From positions 106,944 through 170,943 of the forward strand of contig NZ_JASGEK010000010.1 of NCBI RefSeq assembly GCF_047606445.1: 64,000 nt of DNA. The letters are read 5' to 3'. Made by a program: the position numbers and the translations under genes. Below, piece after piece: positions 9,123-18,972 of this stretch. The notes under the pieces are model-generated. The model had not been told where the DNA came from. It saw only the letters and a program-made list of their open reading frames with translations, and did no database searches. The number at the start of each line of letters is the position of its first letter. Positions within the stretch are counted from its first letter, which is position 1. Origin of the DNA: Aeromicrobium sp. (GTDB lineage Bacteria; Actinomycetota; Actinomycetes; Propionibacteriales; Nocardioidaceae).

Positions 9123-10163
9123 ATGCCCACTGGCTCACCCGCCCACCGTCGTGGCCGTGCGATGCTCGTCACAATGCTGCTCGTCGTCGGCCTCCTGGCG
9201 AGTTGCTCCAGCGACGACAGCCCTCCGCCACCGGCCGACCCCCTCACGCTGGCTCCCGGCTCCTGCCTCTCCGACACGACGGCGAACCACGCCGGAACCG
9301 TCGACGCCGACCTCGAATCGCTCGTTCCCTGCACTGAGCCACACCTGTTCCTGGTCTACGAGGTCGCCGACCTCGACCTGGCCGAGCTCGGACTCGGCGA
9401 CCTCGACGCCGAGCAGATCGCCGAGACCCGAGCGACACTTCAAGACGTCACCTCGGAACTGGGCCAAGCTCTGACGACGCTGGCCACCGCCACCTGCCGC
9501 TCCTCGCTGAGCGCCGCCGTCGGTTTCGACGGAGCCGCCCTCGACGCGCTCGCCGTCCCCGTGGGCTCCTTCGCCCACGACGTCACCTTGACCAGCGAGG
9601 AGGACTGGACGGACGGGAAGCCGGGATTCGTCTGCTCGCTGTCGTGGCGGACCGGCGAGGACTTCACCGAGCGCACCGAGGTCACGCTGCCGGAAGGGGT
9701 GACCCTCGCCGATTGGTTCAGCGACGATTTCCCCACGGAGACACGCCGTTGCGAGGCGACGCCCGACGGCGCGCCCACCCCGTGCGACGACCCTCACTGG
9801 CGGCAGACCGCAGTGTCGGTCAACGCGAACGCCGTACTCGCCGCCGAGACGGTACAGTCGCTCCGCGATTCTCTGTCGTACCAAGGGGTCTGGTCGCCCG
9901 AGGCCGCCGCCGCGGTCGACCAGGTGTGCGCGAGCTTCCTGCCGATCGCGCTCGGAGACGACAACGACGCGTTGGCCGCCCGCGGCGACCTCGGCTCCCA
10001 AGGCTGGGCCGACCTCGGCGGCACGACCTCCGTCCTGCCCGGATTCGACGAGTTGGTCTGCGGCGTCACCGCGACCGACTCGGCCGGTCTCAACCTCGTC
10101 GGCGACGTCTTCGGCTCCGGCTCCGCGGCCCCGACCACCGAACCCGTCAGCCCCGGCATGTGA
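9123..10163 (+). CDS. Lipoprotein with two septum-formation-like Cys/His repeats
   Basis: Lipobox LASC; repeats VPCTEPHLFLVY and TPCDDPHWRQT, each followed by C...W...C patterns. Confidence 0.65.
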   Translation: MPTGSPAHRRGRAMLVTMLLVVGLLASCSSDDSPPPPADPLTLAPGSCLSDTTANHAGTVDADLESLVPCTEPHLFLVYEVADLDLAELGLGDLDAEQIAETRATLQDVTSELGQALTTLATATCRSSLSAAVGFDGAALDALAVPVGSFAHDVTLTSEEDWTDGKPGFVCSLSWRTGEDFTERTEVTLPEGVTLADWFSDDFPTETRRCEATPDGAPTPCDDPHWRQTAVSVNANAVLAAETVQSLRDSLSYQGVWSPEAAAAVDQVCASFLPIALGDDNDALAARGDLGSQGWADLGGTTSVLPGFDELVCGVTATDSAGLNLVGDVFGSGSAAPTTEPVSPGM

Positions 10164-10228
10164 GCGGGGCCACGGTCTTCAACCGTCCAATAGACTCGTC
10201 GTCTACACTCTCACACCGGAAGAGCCCC

Positions 10229-12109
10229 TTAATCGACAACTCTCCAAAGCATTATCTGGCCCGCTTTCTCCTGTGAGCCTAGAACAACCTCACCGGGAGC
10301 GAGTCGGTAGCTATCCGATGCCAGCAATGTGAGATTATCTTTATATTTATCCCCCAAATTCACGGAACATGCGGAATCTGTGAGGACAAATACTACATTG
10401 GCTTGATCCATCGAATTTAAATCGAGGCTCCCGTCAGCTCTGGCGGAGATGACGTTGTCAATCTCGTCCTTCTGTGAAGGCCAGGCCATTCCTAGGTGGT
10501 AGTACGCGAAGGGAGAACCCGATGTGACCTTGGCAGTGCGATTATCGATGCAACCATCCGTGACAATCAAGCCATCCGATGAATCCATCGTCCCCTTTCT
10601 GGCCATTTCTGAGATGGCACTCTCCCTCTCAGTGAAGGGATTCCATGAGGCCTGCATTTCAGAATCCCTCATCGAGTTGATCCAATCAGGAAGTGATGCA
10701 CCCCAGAACAACGCCGTCACCGCGACGGCCATTACAATGGAACTTTTGAGTCGAATACAGGCACGAGGAGATGTGAGATAATCTGATGCGCCCTTAAGAA
10801 TTCTGAGAAGACTAAATAATAGGGCGATCCCGCCGACTAGAAATCCTTCAATCCAGAATCGATAGGGCTCCGCGTTTGCACCCCAGAGATCGTTGACCGC
10901 CAGGAAGGGGAGGACGAGTAGAGCTGTCAGTGTGATAGTGGTAGCTAATTTGTCTCTCGTCCTCAAAGAAAGAAGGAAGATGACAAAAAGTGGAATGGCA
11001 ATCGCTGAAGCGCTCACTGCGGATTCCCATGCAAAGATTCCAAGATGATTATTTGACGCGACTCGATAGGTGAGGAACGGGTCTCTTGAAAAAATTCCGC
11101 TCAGCGTGAACACGACTTGGGGAGCAGCAGTAGCCACTGCGGCAAAACCTGCTACCGCAACAAGCCACTTGGTACGGAATACTGCGTAAATAATACCTGG
11201 GAAAGCGGGGAGAAGACCGCAGAACAAAGTCGGTAGCTGGCCGAAACGGTCGGCCAAATGCGGTCCAAATAAGAACACTCCGATAACTAAAAATGCACCG
11301 CCCAAGATCACCTGGCGCCTGCATTCCTTCACGTAGACTGCGACAGCCAACGCCGTCCCATACACCAGGCAGTAGGTGAACATGAGGAAGGAGTATGTTT
11401 GAAAACTCGACAGAACTCCGATAGAAGCAGACGATGCGATGGTGACAATGGCACGCGTACGCTTGGAGCAATCGCATGACCAGACCCAGATAACGGATGA
11501 AAGAGCAACAATTCCGATGCAAATCCCAGCCGTCTCCGCATTATTAGAGAACAGTACGCCGTACGGACCCCAGAGAACGGCATGCGACTGAAGGCTCGTG
11601 TACCACGATGTCGAATCGTGCACGTAAGAAAATGTGCCGGTGAAAAAAGGAAGGGGGGCAAAGAATGCCGCCCACCAACGACCCAGGATCGACGCCGCTA
11701 CCATTCCGATAGCAGCAACCGCCACAACCTGCAAGGTAAAAGAAGTTAGATTCCAGGCTACTACAGTGGGAAGACCCGTTAAATTTGCAATGATCCCGAC
11801 CAGAGAATAGTAAAGCCGAGGATAGTAACTGACACCAGTCATTGAAACCGGTTCAGTGGATTCAAAATTACCATTTGCGACATTAGCTGAAATGGCTAAA
11901 AATCCCAACTGGTCGTACCAGAAGTTTGTTCTTAGTCCGGTCAGTGGGTTATGTCCCCGACTAATCTGACCGGATTGCTGGACGATAACCATCAAGATTC
12001 CAGCGAGAATAGCGGCCGCGATGGTCTTCGCTGAGAAATGTCTTCGGGAATTTCGCGCAAACCAAGTGCGCGGCTTCGCTCCCACTCTACGACACCGCCC
12101 CGTCTTCAC
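10229..12109 (-). CDS. Polytopic membrane protein, putative GT-C glycosyltransferase
   Basis: Many TM segments; first-loop motif FWYDQLGFL...YYPRLYY resembles GT-C enzymes; lies directly downstream of the GlfT2-like gene; AT-richer than the backbone. Confidence 0.5.
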   Translation of the reverse strand: MKTGRCRRVGAKPRTWFARNSRRHFSAKTIAAAILAGILMVIVQQSGQISRGHNPLTGLRTNFWYDQLGFLAISANVANGNFESTEPVSMTGVSYYPRLYYSLVGIIANLTGLPTVVAWNLTSFTLQVVAVAAIGMVAASILGRWWAAFFAPLPFFTGTFSYVHDSTSWYTSLQSHAVLWGPYGVLFSNNAETAGICIGIVALSSVIWVWSCDCSKRTRAIVTIASSASIGVLSSFQTYSFLMFTYCLVYGTALAVAVYVKECRRQVILGGAFLVIGVFLFGPHLADRFGQLPTLFCGLLPAFPGIIYAVFRTKWLVAVAGFAAVATAAPQVVFTLSGIFSRDPFLTYRVASNNHLGIFAWESAVSASAIAIPLFVIFLLSLRTRDKLATTITLTALLVLPFLAVNDLWGANAEPYRFWIEGFLVGGIALLFSLLRILKGASDYLTSPRACIRLKSSIVMAVAVTALFWGASLPDWINSMRDSEMQASWNPFTERESAISEMARKGTMDSSDGLIVTDGCIDNRTAKVTSGSPFAYYHLGMAWPSQKDEIDNVISARADGSLDLNSMDQANVVFVLTDSACSVNLGDKYKDNLTLLASDSYRLAPGEVVLGSQEKAGQIMLWRVVD

Positions 12110-12114
12110 AGATA

Positions 12115-14097
12115 TCAGTACCGACGATCACCGATGGTGTTCGTCTCAAAAACCTCAGCCCAAGAATCGAACGAGGTGATTTCGGCGAGCGACTCACGAT
12201 AACGCTTCGACAAGTCACCCCACTCCTTCCGCAGACGCCAGTACAGCAAGGAACTCTCACGCATCAGGGTGCGGGCCTTCTCGGGGTCGCGCTTGTACCA
12301 CGAGACCGCCGTTCCCTCGGCGTTCGACACCAGAGCCGAGTCGAACTGCGAGACGAGCCACCACTTGTTGTCCTGGTGAGGCAGATGCGTCTGCGGACGA
12401 CGCTCCCGCTCGTCCTCCACCTTGGTCATCGACTGGCGAAGAAAGTTCTTCATCGTCCAAGGCGCAAGCAACGCCTTCGGTGGCTGCTTGAAGCCGCCGC
12501 CACGGCGCGGAGGCTTGCTAACTCCCGCCGGGGGGAAGTCGTCGACGCTGATCTCCATACGGGAGTCCGAATAATGCGCAAGCTCCCCCCGAACGTCCTG
12601 CAGCTTGGTCGCCAGGAGGCCCTTCAAAGCCTCCGGGCCCGCCATCACATCCCGAAGAGCCATGTTCCTCAGGACCACGGTCCCATACTGCAACGACAGC
12701 AGGTGGCGCACGGTATGCGTCATCCATTCCCACGAGACTCGGCCGCCGTCCTCGTAAGGACTGTGCAGCAAGGCCGCGATCACACGATTTCGAGCATGGA
12801 AGTACGCCTGCCAGCCGACAGTGTCGTCCTTGTCGACCCACGAGACATGCCAGACTCCCGTTCCCGGCATCGTCACGGTGGGGAATCCGTGCGCCTTGGC
12901 CCGAACTCCGAACTCGGCATCGTCCCATTTGATGAAGACCGGCAGGGACAAACCCACCTCGCGGATCACCGCAGTGGGGATCAAACACATCCACCATGCG
13001 TTGTAGTCGACGTCGAAACGACGATGGAGCCATGGCGTCTGACGAAGATTCGAAGCCGCGAGGTTGTGAGCGCTCTCCATGCTCTCGTGGGCGTTCACCC
13101 AGAAGAACCGCCACGGGTTCACCACTTCGCCCAATGTGTGCAGCGTCGAACGATTATAGATATCGAACATCAAGCCGCCGACAATCAAAGGAGTCTTAGC
13201 GAACTGCGCCATAGCTAACATGCGAGGCAGACTCTCGGTCTCCATCTCGACATCGTCGTCCATCAGCAGGACATAGTCGAAATCGCCCTGCACCGCTTCG
13301 TACATTCCGCGGGCGAAACCCCCCGATCCGCCGATATTGGTCTGATCGATAATGCGAAGCCGTCCGCCAAGCGCTGCGGCCGCATCACTGAAACCATTCG
13401 CTTCAGCGACTTTCTTGCGCCCTTGATCGACAAGGAGGATCTCATCGATGGCCCCCAAAACCTCGCTCGCCTCGCCAAGTCGTCGAAGATTGGCTAAGCA
13501 GTAGTCCGGCTTGTCCATCGTGGTCATCTGGATCATGACCCGAGGCCGCTCCCGGGGGGGCGCCTCGGTCAGCCATTCAGCAGACTCCAGGACGAGATCG
13601 CCGTCACCGCCCAGCAGGTCGAACCACAGCCATCCGCCATCACCGAAGGAGGACAGGTCCGCATCAATCAAGACCTCGCTCTCCCCGTTGACCCGATGCA
13701 ATTCGAGCATCTGCAACGTCCCACGAGCGTTCGACTTCATCAGGATGATAGAGCCGTCGCCACGTGTCCGCACCCGCAAAGTGACACGCTCAACGGTAGT
13801 CCAACGGTTCCAGTAACTCGCCGGGAAGGCGTTGAACAACGACGCGTAGGAGACTCGCGTTCCCGCTCTGACCACCATCGAGTGCCGAGAGAGGAAGTCT
13901 CCGAGATTGACATCGCCACCCGACTGGACAACGGACACCGCGACGTCCTTGGCCTGTCCTTTCGAACTGGGCTTGAGCGTCACTGCGGCGCCTGTGTCGA
14001 CGTAGAGAGCCACGGCGTCAAGAGCCGACTGCTGTGGGAACACCGTCCTCTGGATCACCGTGGCCTGCGCCATAGGATTAGCGGGCGACATCTGCAC
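12115..14097 (-). CDS. glfT2: GlfT2-like galactofuranosyltransferase (GT2)
   Basis: IQRTVFP, SYASLFNAFPASYW, NIGGSGGFARG, LLMDDDV, WWMCLIP, PVFIKWDDAEFGVRA, WQAYFHARNR. The true start may be ATG 14073. Confidence 0.85.
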   Translation of the reverse strand: MQMSPANPMAQATVIQRTVFPQQSALDAVALYVDTGAAVTLKPSSKGQAKDVAVSVVQSGGDVNLGDFLSRHSMVVRAGTRVSYASLFNAFPASYWNRWTTVERVTLRVRTRGDGSIILMKSNARGTLQMLELHRVNGESEVLIDADLSSFGDGGWLWFDLLGGDGDLVLESAEWLTEAPPRERPRVMIQMTTMDKPDYCLANLRRLGEASEVLGAIDEILLVDQGRKKVAEANGFSDAAAALGGRLRIIDQTNIGGSGGFARGMYEAVQGDFDYVLLMDDDVEMETESLPRMLAMAQFAKTPLIVGGLMFDIYNRSTLHTLGEVVNPWRFFWVNAHESMESAHNLAASNLRQTPWLHRRFDVDYNAWWMCLIPTAVIREVGLSLPVFIKWDDAEFGVRAKAHGFPTVTMPGTGVWHVSWVDKDDTVGWQAYFHARNRVIAALLHSPYEDGGRVSWEWMTHTVRHLLSLQYGTVVLRNMALRDVMAGPEALKGLLATKLQDVRGELAHYSDSRMEISVDDFPPAGVSKPPRRGGGFKQPPKALLAPWTMKNFLRQSMTKVEDERERRPQTHLPHQDNKWWLVSQFDSALVSNAEGTAVSWYKRDPEKARTLMRESSLLYWRLRKEWGDLSKRYRESLAEITSFDSWAEVFETNTIGDRRY

Positions 14098-14294
14098 CTT
14101 CCTTCCATCGTCCAGCGACTGGTAGTCACCAACGAGGGCTCATTGTCGCATGCGCGCCTGTGATCTTATGCAGCGATGCCAAGTTCGAGGCGTACTCAGC
14201 CCGCCATTCGGTGATGGGGGATCCATACAACCGCTCCTGACGCCTTGGTGTCATACCGTCGAAGCCACATCCCTGAAAAGGGTGGGGATGACGG

Positions 14295-14690
14295 GTTGGA
14301 GATCGAAGACCGGCAAGACTCCGTCGATGATCGGCGGGTTCCGAGGGATTGGGAAGGAGACCTCGTCATCGGAGTCAGGTCGCGACCCTCCAGGAACGGA
14401 CCACCAGGTTCGTGGTGATCAAGCGCACCCTGGTCGGAAGAAAGCCGACCGTCTCGCCGACGTCCTCATCGACGAGGTCGACGAGCCACCGGCGTCGATG
14501 CGGAGGTCGTTGACGTCGGACCAGGGAGCCAAGATGGCCCCCCATGCCGGTCTACCGTTTGCCACGAACATGCCGGTCTACTCGCGCACCCCCACTCACC
14601 CTGGGAACGCGGCAGCTCAGTAAACGAACCCTACACAGAAACCACGGCCCATTTTTGCGATATGGGCCCATGGGCCCATGCCACACCGCG
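14295..14690 (+). mobile_element. Degenerate IS30-family transposase fragment
   Basis: Across frameshifts it reads DDRRVPRDWEGDLVIG, RRSLTSDQGAKMA and HSPWERG, which are IS30 DDE-region motifs; no intact ORF or terminal repeats found. Confidence 0.8.
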
Positions 14691-14962
14691 CTCGACAGCA
14701 CAAGAAATTCAGCGCTTCCCTCAACCATCGACCTTATCGTCGGACTATATTTCTGGGCCACCGCCTGAATATTCTTCACGTCTCAAGGACTCTGTCGGAT
14801 GGGCCCTCCCCGATTCGACCCCGACAGAAGCTGATCGTCGAGACCAGCAGTTCTCCCTGCGTCGAGACCCGCCCCTGCCTCATAGCCCCAGGATTTCGAA
14901 CCCGCCGACCACAGCCGGACACACACGCCGAAAACACCCAGCCACCCAGTACTCTAGTCACC

Positions 14963-17188
14963 GTGTCCGAAAGAACCAGAACCAACGAACGAGTTAATTC
15001 CGCTGCTCCGTCCCTTCGCTTTACCCTCAGCTGGTGGGCATTCTCCGCACTTGCCGTCTTACTTATCGCAGCAACGAGGGTGGCAAGAACCCCCAAGTAC
15101 TTCTTCTGGGACGATACTCAGACGGGATCCTTCGGACAGTGGTACGATGTCGGTCGCCGCGTCATCTCAGGCGAATGGACCATTCTCGATCCCGGTTCTT
15201 GGCAAGGGGGAAATTTCCTCGCCGAACAGCAGTGGGGTTTATGGAGCCCTTTGACATGGATCGTCGGCGCAGGGAGTCATCTCAGCGATAATCCTGCGAT
15301 CTACGCGACGTTCGTCAAAATTGGATTCCTTCTCCTTCTCCACTCATCCACCTTCGGGCTCGCCCGATCCTATGGCGTATCCGCACCCTGGTCTGCCTTT
15401 GCTGGCGTAAGTTCCGTCACCGCAGGGCAGACCCTCTACATGGATGCACCCTCCTGGGTCACAGGACTCCAAGGTGTCTCTATCTTCGTTCTCACATGGT
15501 GGATGCTTCGTCGACACGTCGAGGAAGGAAAGAACCCCCTATTCTATTTCCTGTCAGCTTTCCTCCTTATCACCCTTGGTTACATCTTTGCCGTCATAAC
15601 TCTCGTCTTCCTCTTCGCAGCGCTCATCCTTGAAGCTCTCATTGTTCATCGTGATAAGTTTCGAATATTCAGAATCTTTCTCCTAGGAGCTTACAGCGGA
15701 CTGTTGACAATTTTTGTCTACCTTCCCGGTATTTTGACCTCTTCAGTCACGGTCCGTTCCGGAAAAGGCATCCAGAACGACCAGTTCCTCAACCTCGACC
15801 TCGGGGATCTCGCCACTTCTCCCGCCGTCACAGGACTGACCTCAGTCACTGGATACTGGGGGACCATAGCACCGGCTCCCATTCAATATCTCGGATGGTT
15901 TATTCCACTCTTTGTCATACTGGCGCCACAATTCCGTCATCACTGGCGCACTTTACTAGTCATCATCGCAATTTGTGCTATGACTTTAATCATGATCCTC
16001 GGCCCGAGCATTGTCGGTCCGCTCCGATTCCCCGCGCGCATGCTGCCGTACGTTTCGGTCTACCTTGCTTTGGCATTCGCTATTCTCGCCACCAAATCCT
16101 GGCCTCGGTCACCAACGCGTGCGCAACTTGCATGGCCTCTCGCTCTGACTTCGCTCAGCCTGTGGCTTTCATGGTCAGCCCAACCGGACAACATGCGTTG
16201 GCTCGCCATCGGAGGATTTCTTCAGCTTTTGTCGATCATCCTCGTTCTTAATATCGGACCTCGGATGACCGTTCGCCATGCTGCTTCCTGGAGCGCGGGG
16301 ACAGCAATTCTAGCAACGATCGTCCTGCTCGCCGTACAGACTCAATTGGCACGTACTTCTCCCCTTCCAGACTTCCAGATTCCGACCTCCACCGATCAAA
16401 TTCGCTCTGTTCAAAATAACATTGACTCTGGAGTTTTCACTGTTGGGGATATCTACGCCATGAAGAACGATCCGAGCGGATGGGAAGAAACTCTCATCGC
16501 AAACGTCTGGCACGTGACCGACCTTGACGCGGCCGGGGTTTACACGGTGCTTCCTCACCGAGGACTTTCTCAGCGCCTGTGCGCCGATGCTCGCGGAGCA
16601 ACCTGCCCTGAGGCTTATAGCCGTCTTTTCAAAGAGCGGAAAGACGGCTCCAAACTAGTCGACGACATGCACATCAACACCGTCATTGTGGTGCGTGATG
16701 GAACCACTTCAGAAGGCGATCCAATCACCGCGCCGGAACTGCATGAAGGATGGGAGATGCAGACAGGCGAACACACATGGACCGTCCGCCGCCTCAACCC
16801 ATTACCCCCTGCAGGTGGCATCACTCGCACCGACGGAGTGTCAGTCTCTGACGTAAAGGTCAGCAACACCGAAGTCTCTTTTACCGTCGACTCAGTTGAC
16901 CAGGAATCCAATGGCTCTATCGTATTCAGCCGCATCGACTGGCCTGGGTACCGAGTCACCGGGGCCAACCATGTCGATCCTACCGACGATTACCTGCTAA
17001 CCGTTCACGTCGGCAGTAAGCAGGTCGGCGAACGAGTCACCATCTCTTTCCGACCCCCCGGGTGGAGATTGGAACTTCTCAGCGGAATTCTCGCCCTCGT
17101 CACTGCGGGCGTATGGAGCACCTCGCATGCCATCCGAAACCGTCAAGGAGACTTATTCATGAGGTCGTCCAGAAAATCGGCCCAATGA
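14963..17188 (+). CDS. Polytopic membrane protein, YfhO/GT-C-like glycosyltransferase
   Basis: YFFWDDTQ acidic loop, AEQQWGLWSPL, multiple TMs, C-terminal FSRIDWPGY...ISFRPPGW YfhO-like tail. GTG 14963 chosen (ORF track begins at 14678 inside the IS relic). Confidence 0.65.
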   Translation: MSERTRTNERVNSAAPSLRFTLSWWAFSALAVLLIAATRVARTPKYFFWDDTQTGSFGQWYDVGRRVISGEWTILDPGSWQGGNFLAEQQWGLWSPLTWIVGAGSHLSDNPAIYATFVKIGFLLLLHSSTFGLARSYGVSAPWSAFAGVSSVTAGQTLYMDAPSWVTGLQGVSIFVLTWWMLRRHVEEGKNPLFYFLSAFLLITLGYIFAVITLVFLFAALILEALIVHRDKFRIFRIFLLGAYSGLLTIFVYLPGILTSSVTVRSGKGIQNDQFLNLDLGDLATSPAVTGLTSVTGYWGTIAPAPIQYLGWFIPLFVILAPQFRHHWRTLLVIIAICAMTLIMILGPSIVGPLRFPARMLPYVSVYLALAFAILATKSWPRSPTRAQLAWPLALTSLSLWLSWSAQPDNMRWLAIGGFLQLLSIILVLNIGPRMTVRHAASWSAGTAILATIVLLAVQTQLARTSPLPDFQIPTSTDQIRSVQNNIDSGVFTVGDIYAMKNDPSGWEETLIANVWHVTDLDAAGVYTVLPHRGLSQRLCADARGATCPEAYSRLFKERKDGSKLVDDMHINTVIVVRDGTTSEGDPITAPELHEGWEMQTGEHTWTVRRLNPLPPAGGITRTDGVSVSDVKVSNTEVSFTVDSVDQESNGSIVFSRIDWPGYRVTGANHVDPTDDYLLTVHVGSKQVGERVTISFRPPGWRLELLSGILALVTAGVWSTSHAIRNRQGDLFMRSSRKSAQ

Positions 17189-17328
17189 TCGCGGTGATGG
17201 TTTACGGAAGGCGTTTTGAGGCATCGCTGAGTGGTGTGGGACATGCGCCAACTTGACGGCCGTAAAACACCTCAAGGATTGAACCGCCGCGCGCGAGGCC
17301 TTGCACTGGACTGAACAAGCGTTTCATG

Positions 17329-18480
17329 TGCTGAACATGCGTTCAGCCGAATCCCCGAAGCGAGCACGGCGTCAGCGCGAGCACGGATCCGCGACACCGC
17401 GACCCTGTGCTTCGCCCGCCACGGCTTCGGAACTTCAGTCCGCACGATCGCCAGCGACGCCGGAGTGAGCCCCGCCCTCGTCATCCACCGCTTCGGCTCC
17501 AAACAAGCCCTGCGCGACGAGTGCGACGGGGAGATCCTGGCGCGGATCCGGACGTCCAAACGGCAGACGCTCGCCGCGGTCACCTCCGGCCAGAGCATCC
17601 TGCACCGCCTCGCGGAGGTCGACGAGGCGGCGCGCGCCCGCTATCTCACCTTGTCGGCGCTCGGAGCGCTCCTCCTGGAGATTCAGCGCGACCCGGCGGG
17701 CTCGCCGCCGCCTCGTCCCTCCCGGCGTCGCGGGCCTCGTCACGGAACCGGACGGGGCCGCCACCCGCCTGGCCTTCCACGTCGCTCGAAGAACTCTTCA
17801 TGCGGCACTACGGCGAGGCCCGCTGATGGGTGGTGGCCGCTTCTGCTCAGGATCGCGGCGATCGGCGTCCTCTGGCGGTCAGCGCCCTGCTCGTCTCCCG
17901 GCGCGACCTCGACAGCTCGCTGATCCCCGACCGGCCCGGACCGGCCGACGCCGGGGCAGGCCTCGGCTCTCGCCTCGGCCTGGCCTGGCGACAGAGCGCG
18001 GAGCCCTCTTCTGGTGGTTCGCCGGAGCTTTCGTGATGTTCGGAGCCGTCGGCACCTATCTCGGCGGCGGCATCGAGGAGACGCTGGAGTCGATGGCGCA
18101 GAGCAACGCCGCCGTGCTGGGGCTGTTCGGCGACAATCCGACCACCGGCTTCCTCGCGGCCATGATCTCGTCCACCGCCTCGCCGCCGCCGGTTACGCCG
18201 TCGCGATGACGTTCCGCGCACGGACCGAGGAACGCGTCGGCCGACTCGGCATCACCCTCGCCCGCCCGGTCTCCCGGCGTCGCTGGCTGGCCGTCGCGGT
18301 CGTGGTGGCTCTCGCCACCTTCTGTCACGCGTGGTCGCCGTGCGCCTCGGGACTGGTCTGGGGGAGCTTCGGGTACATCACCATGACCACCATGCTCGGG
18401 CCCGTGCTGCGACTCCCCGACGGAGCACTGCCGCTGTCGCCGTTCTGGTGCGTCGGCCAGGGACCGGTCCGATCAGAGCG
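17329..18480 (+). pseudogene. Collapsed TetR / ABC ATPase / ABC-2 permease operon relic
   Basis: TetR HTH (RIRDTATLCFARHGFGTSVRTIASDAGVSPALVIHRFGSKQAL), then an ATPase-type tail (SLEELFMRHYG), then permease fragments (RRDLDSSLIPDRPGP, LGLAWRQ, TFRARTEERVGRL), joined by deletions and frameshifts. Confidence 0.75.
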
Positions 18481-18832
18481 ACGAGGGGCTGGGCGGCACC
18501 TTCTCCATCGCCACCGTCAACAGCACGGCGGCGTCCTCCAGCGCGGTGAGGTCGTGGCGCGCGTGCGGGATGACGAGGTGGTCACCGACGCCGCCCTCCC
18601 ACTGCTCGTCGCCGGCGGTCAGCCGCACCCGGCCGCGCAGCACCTGCAAGGTGGCCTCGCCGGGGTTCTCGTGCTCGCCGAGCGCCTGGCCGCCGACCAT
18701 CGCGATGAGCGTCTGGCGCAGGGCGAGGTCGCGGCCGCCGTAGACCGTGACCGACGACCGGCCGGAGGACTGCCCCCGAGCCGATTCCAGCTGAATATCG
18801 GCCAGCGTCGTCAACGAAGCTCCTTCGGTCAT
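18473..18832 (-). CDS. Cupin-domain protein
   Basis: LRQTLIAM..GQALGEHENPGEATLQVLRGRV...HLVIPHARHDL cupin motifs; TAGAGT -10 lies 6 nt upstream. Confidence 0.85.
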   Translation of the reverse strand: MTEGASLTTLADIQLESARGQSSGRSSVTVYGGRDLALRQTLIAMVGGQALGEHENPGEATLQVLRGRVRLTAGDEQWEGGVGDHLVIPHARHDLTALEDAAVLLTVAMEKVPPSPSSL

Positions 18833-18972
18833 GCGTCGACTCTAACCATCGGAGCCGACGGGCGCGGCAGCGACGGACAGGCTGTTGCCGTCGAGGTCGA
18901 CGACGACGTGCCGGACACCGTCGTCATAGGTCCCGACCAGCTCGTGCGCGACGCCCTCGCTGCTCATCTGCG

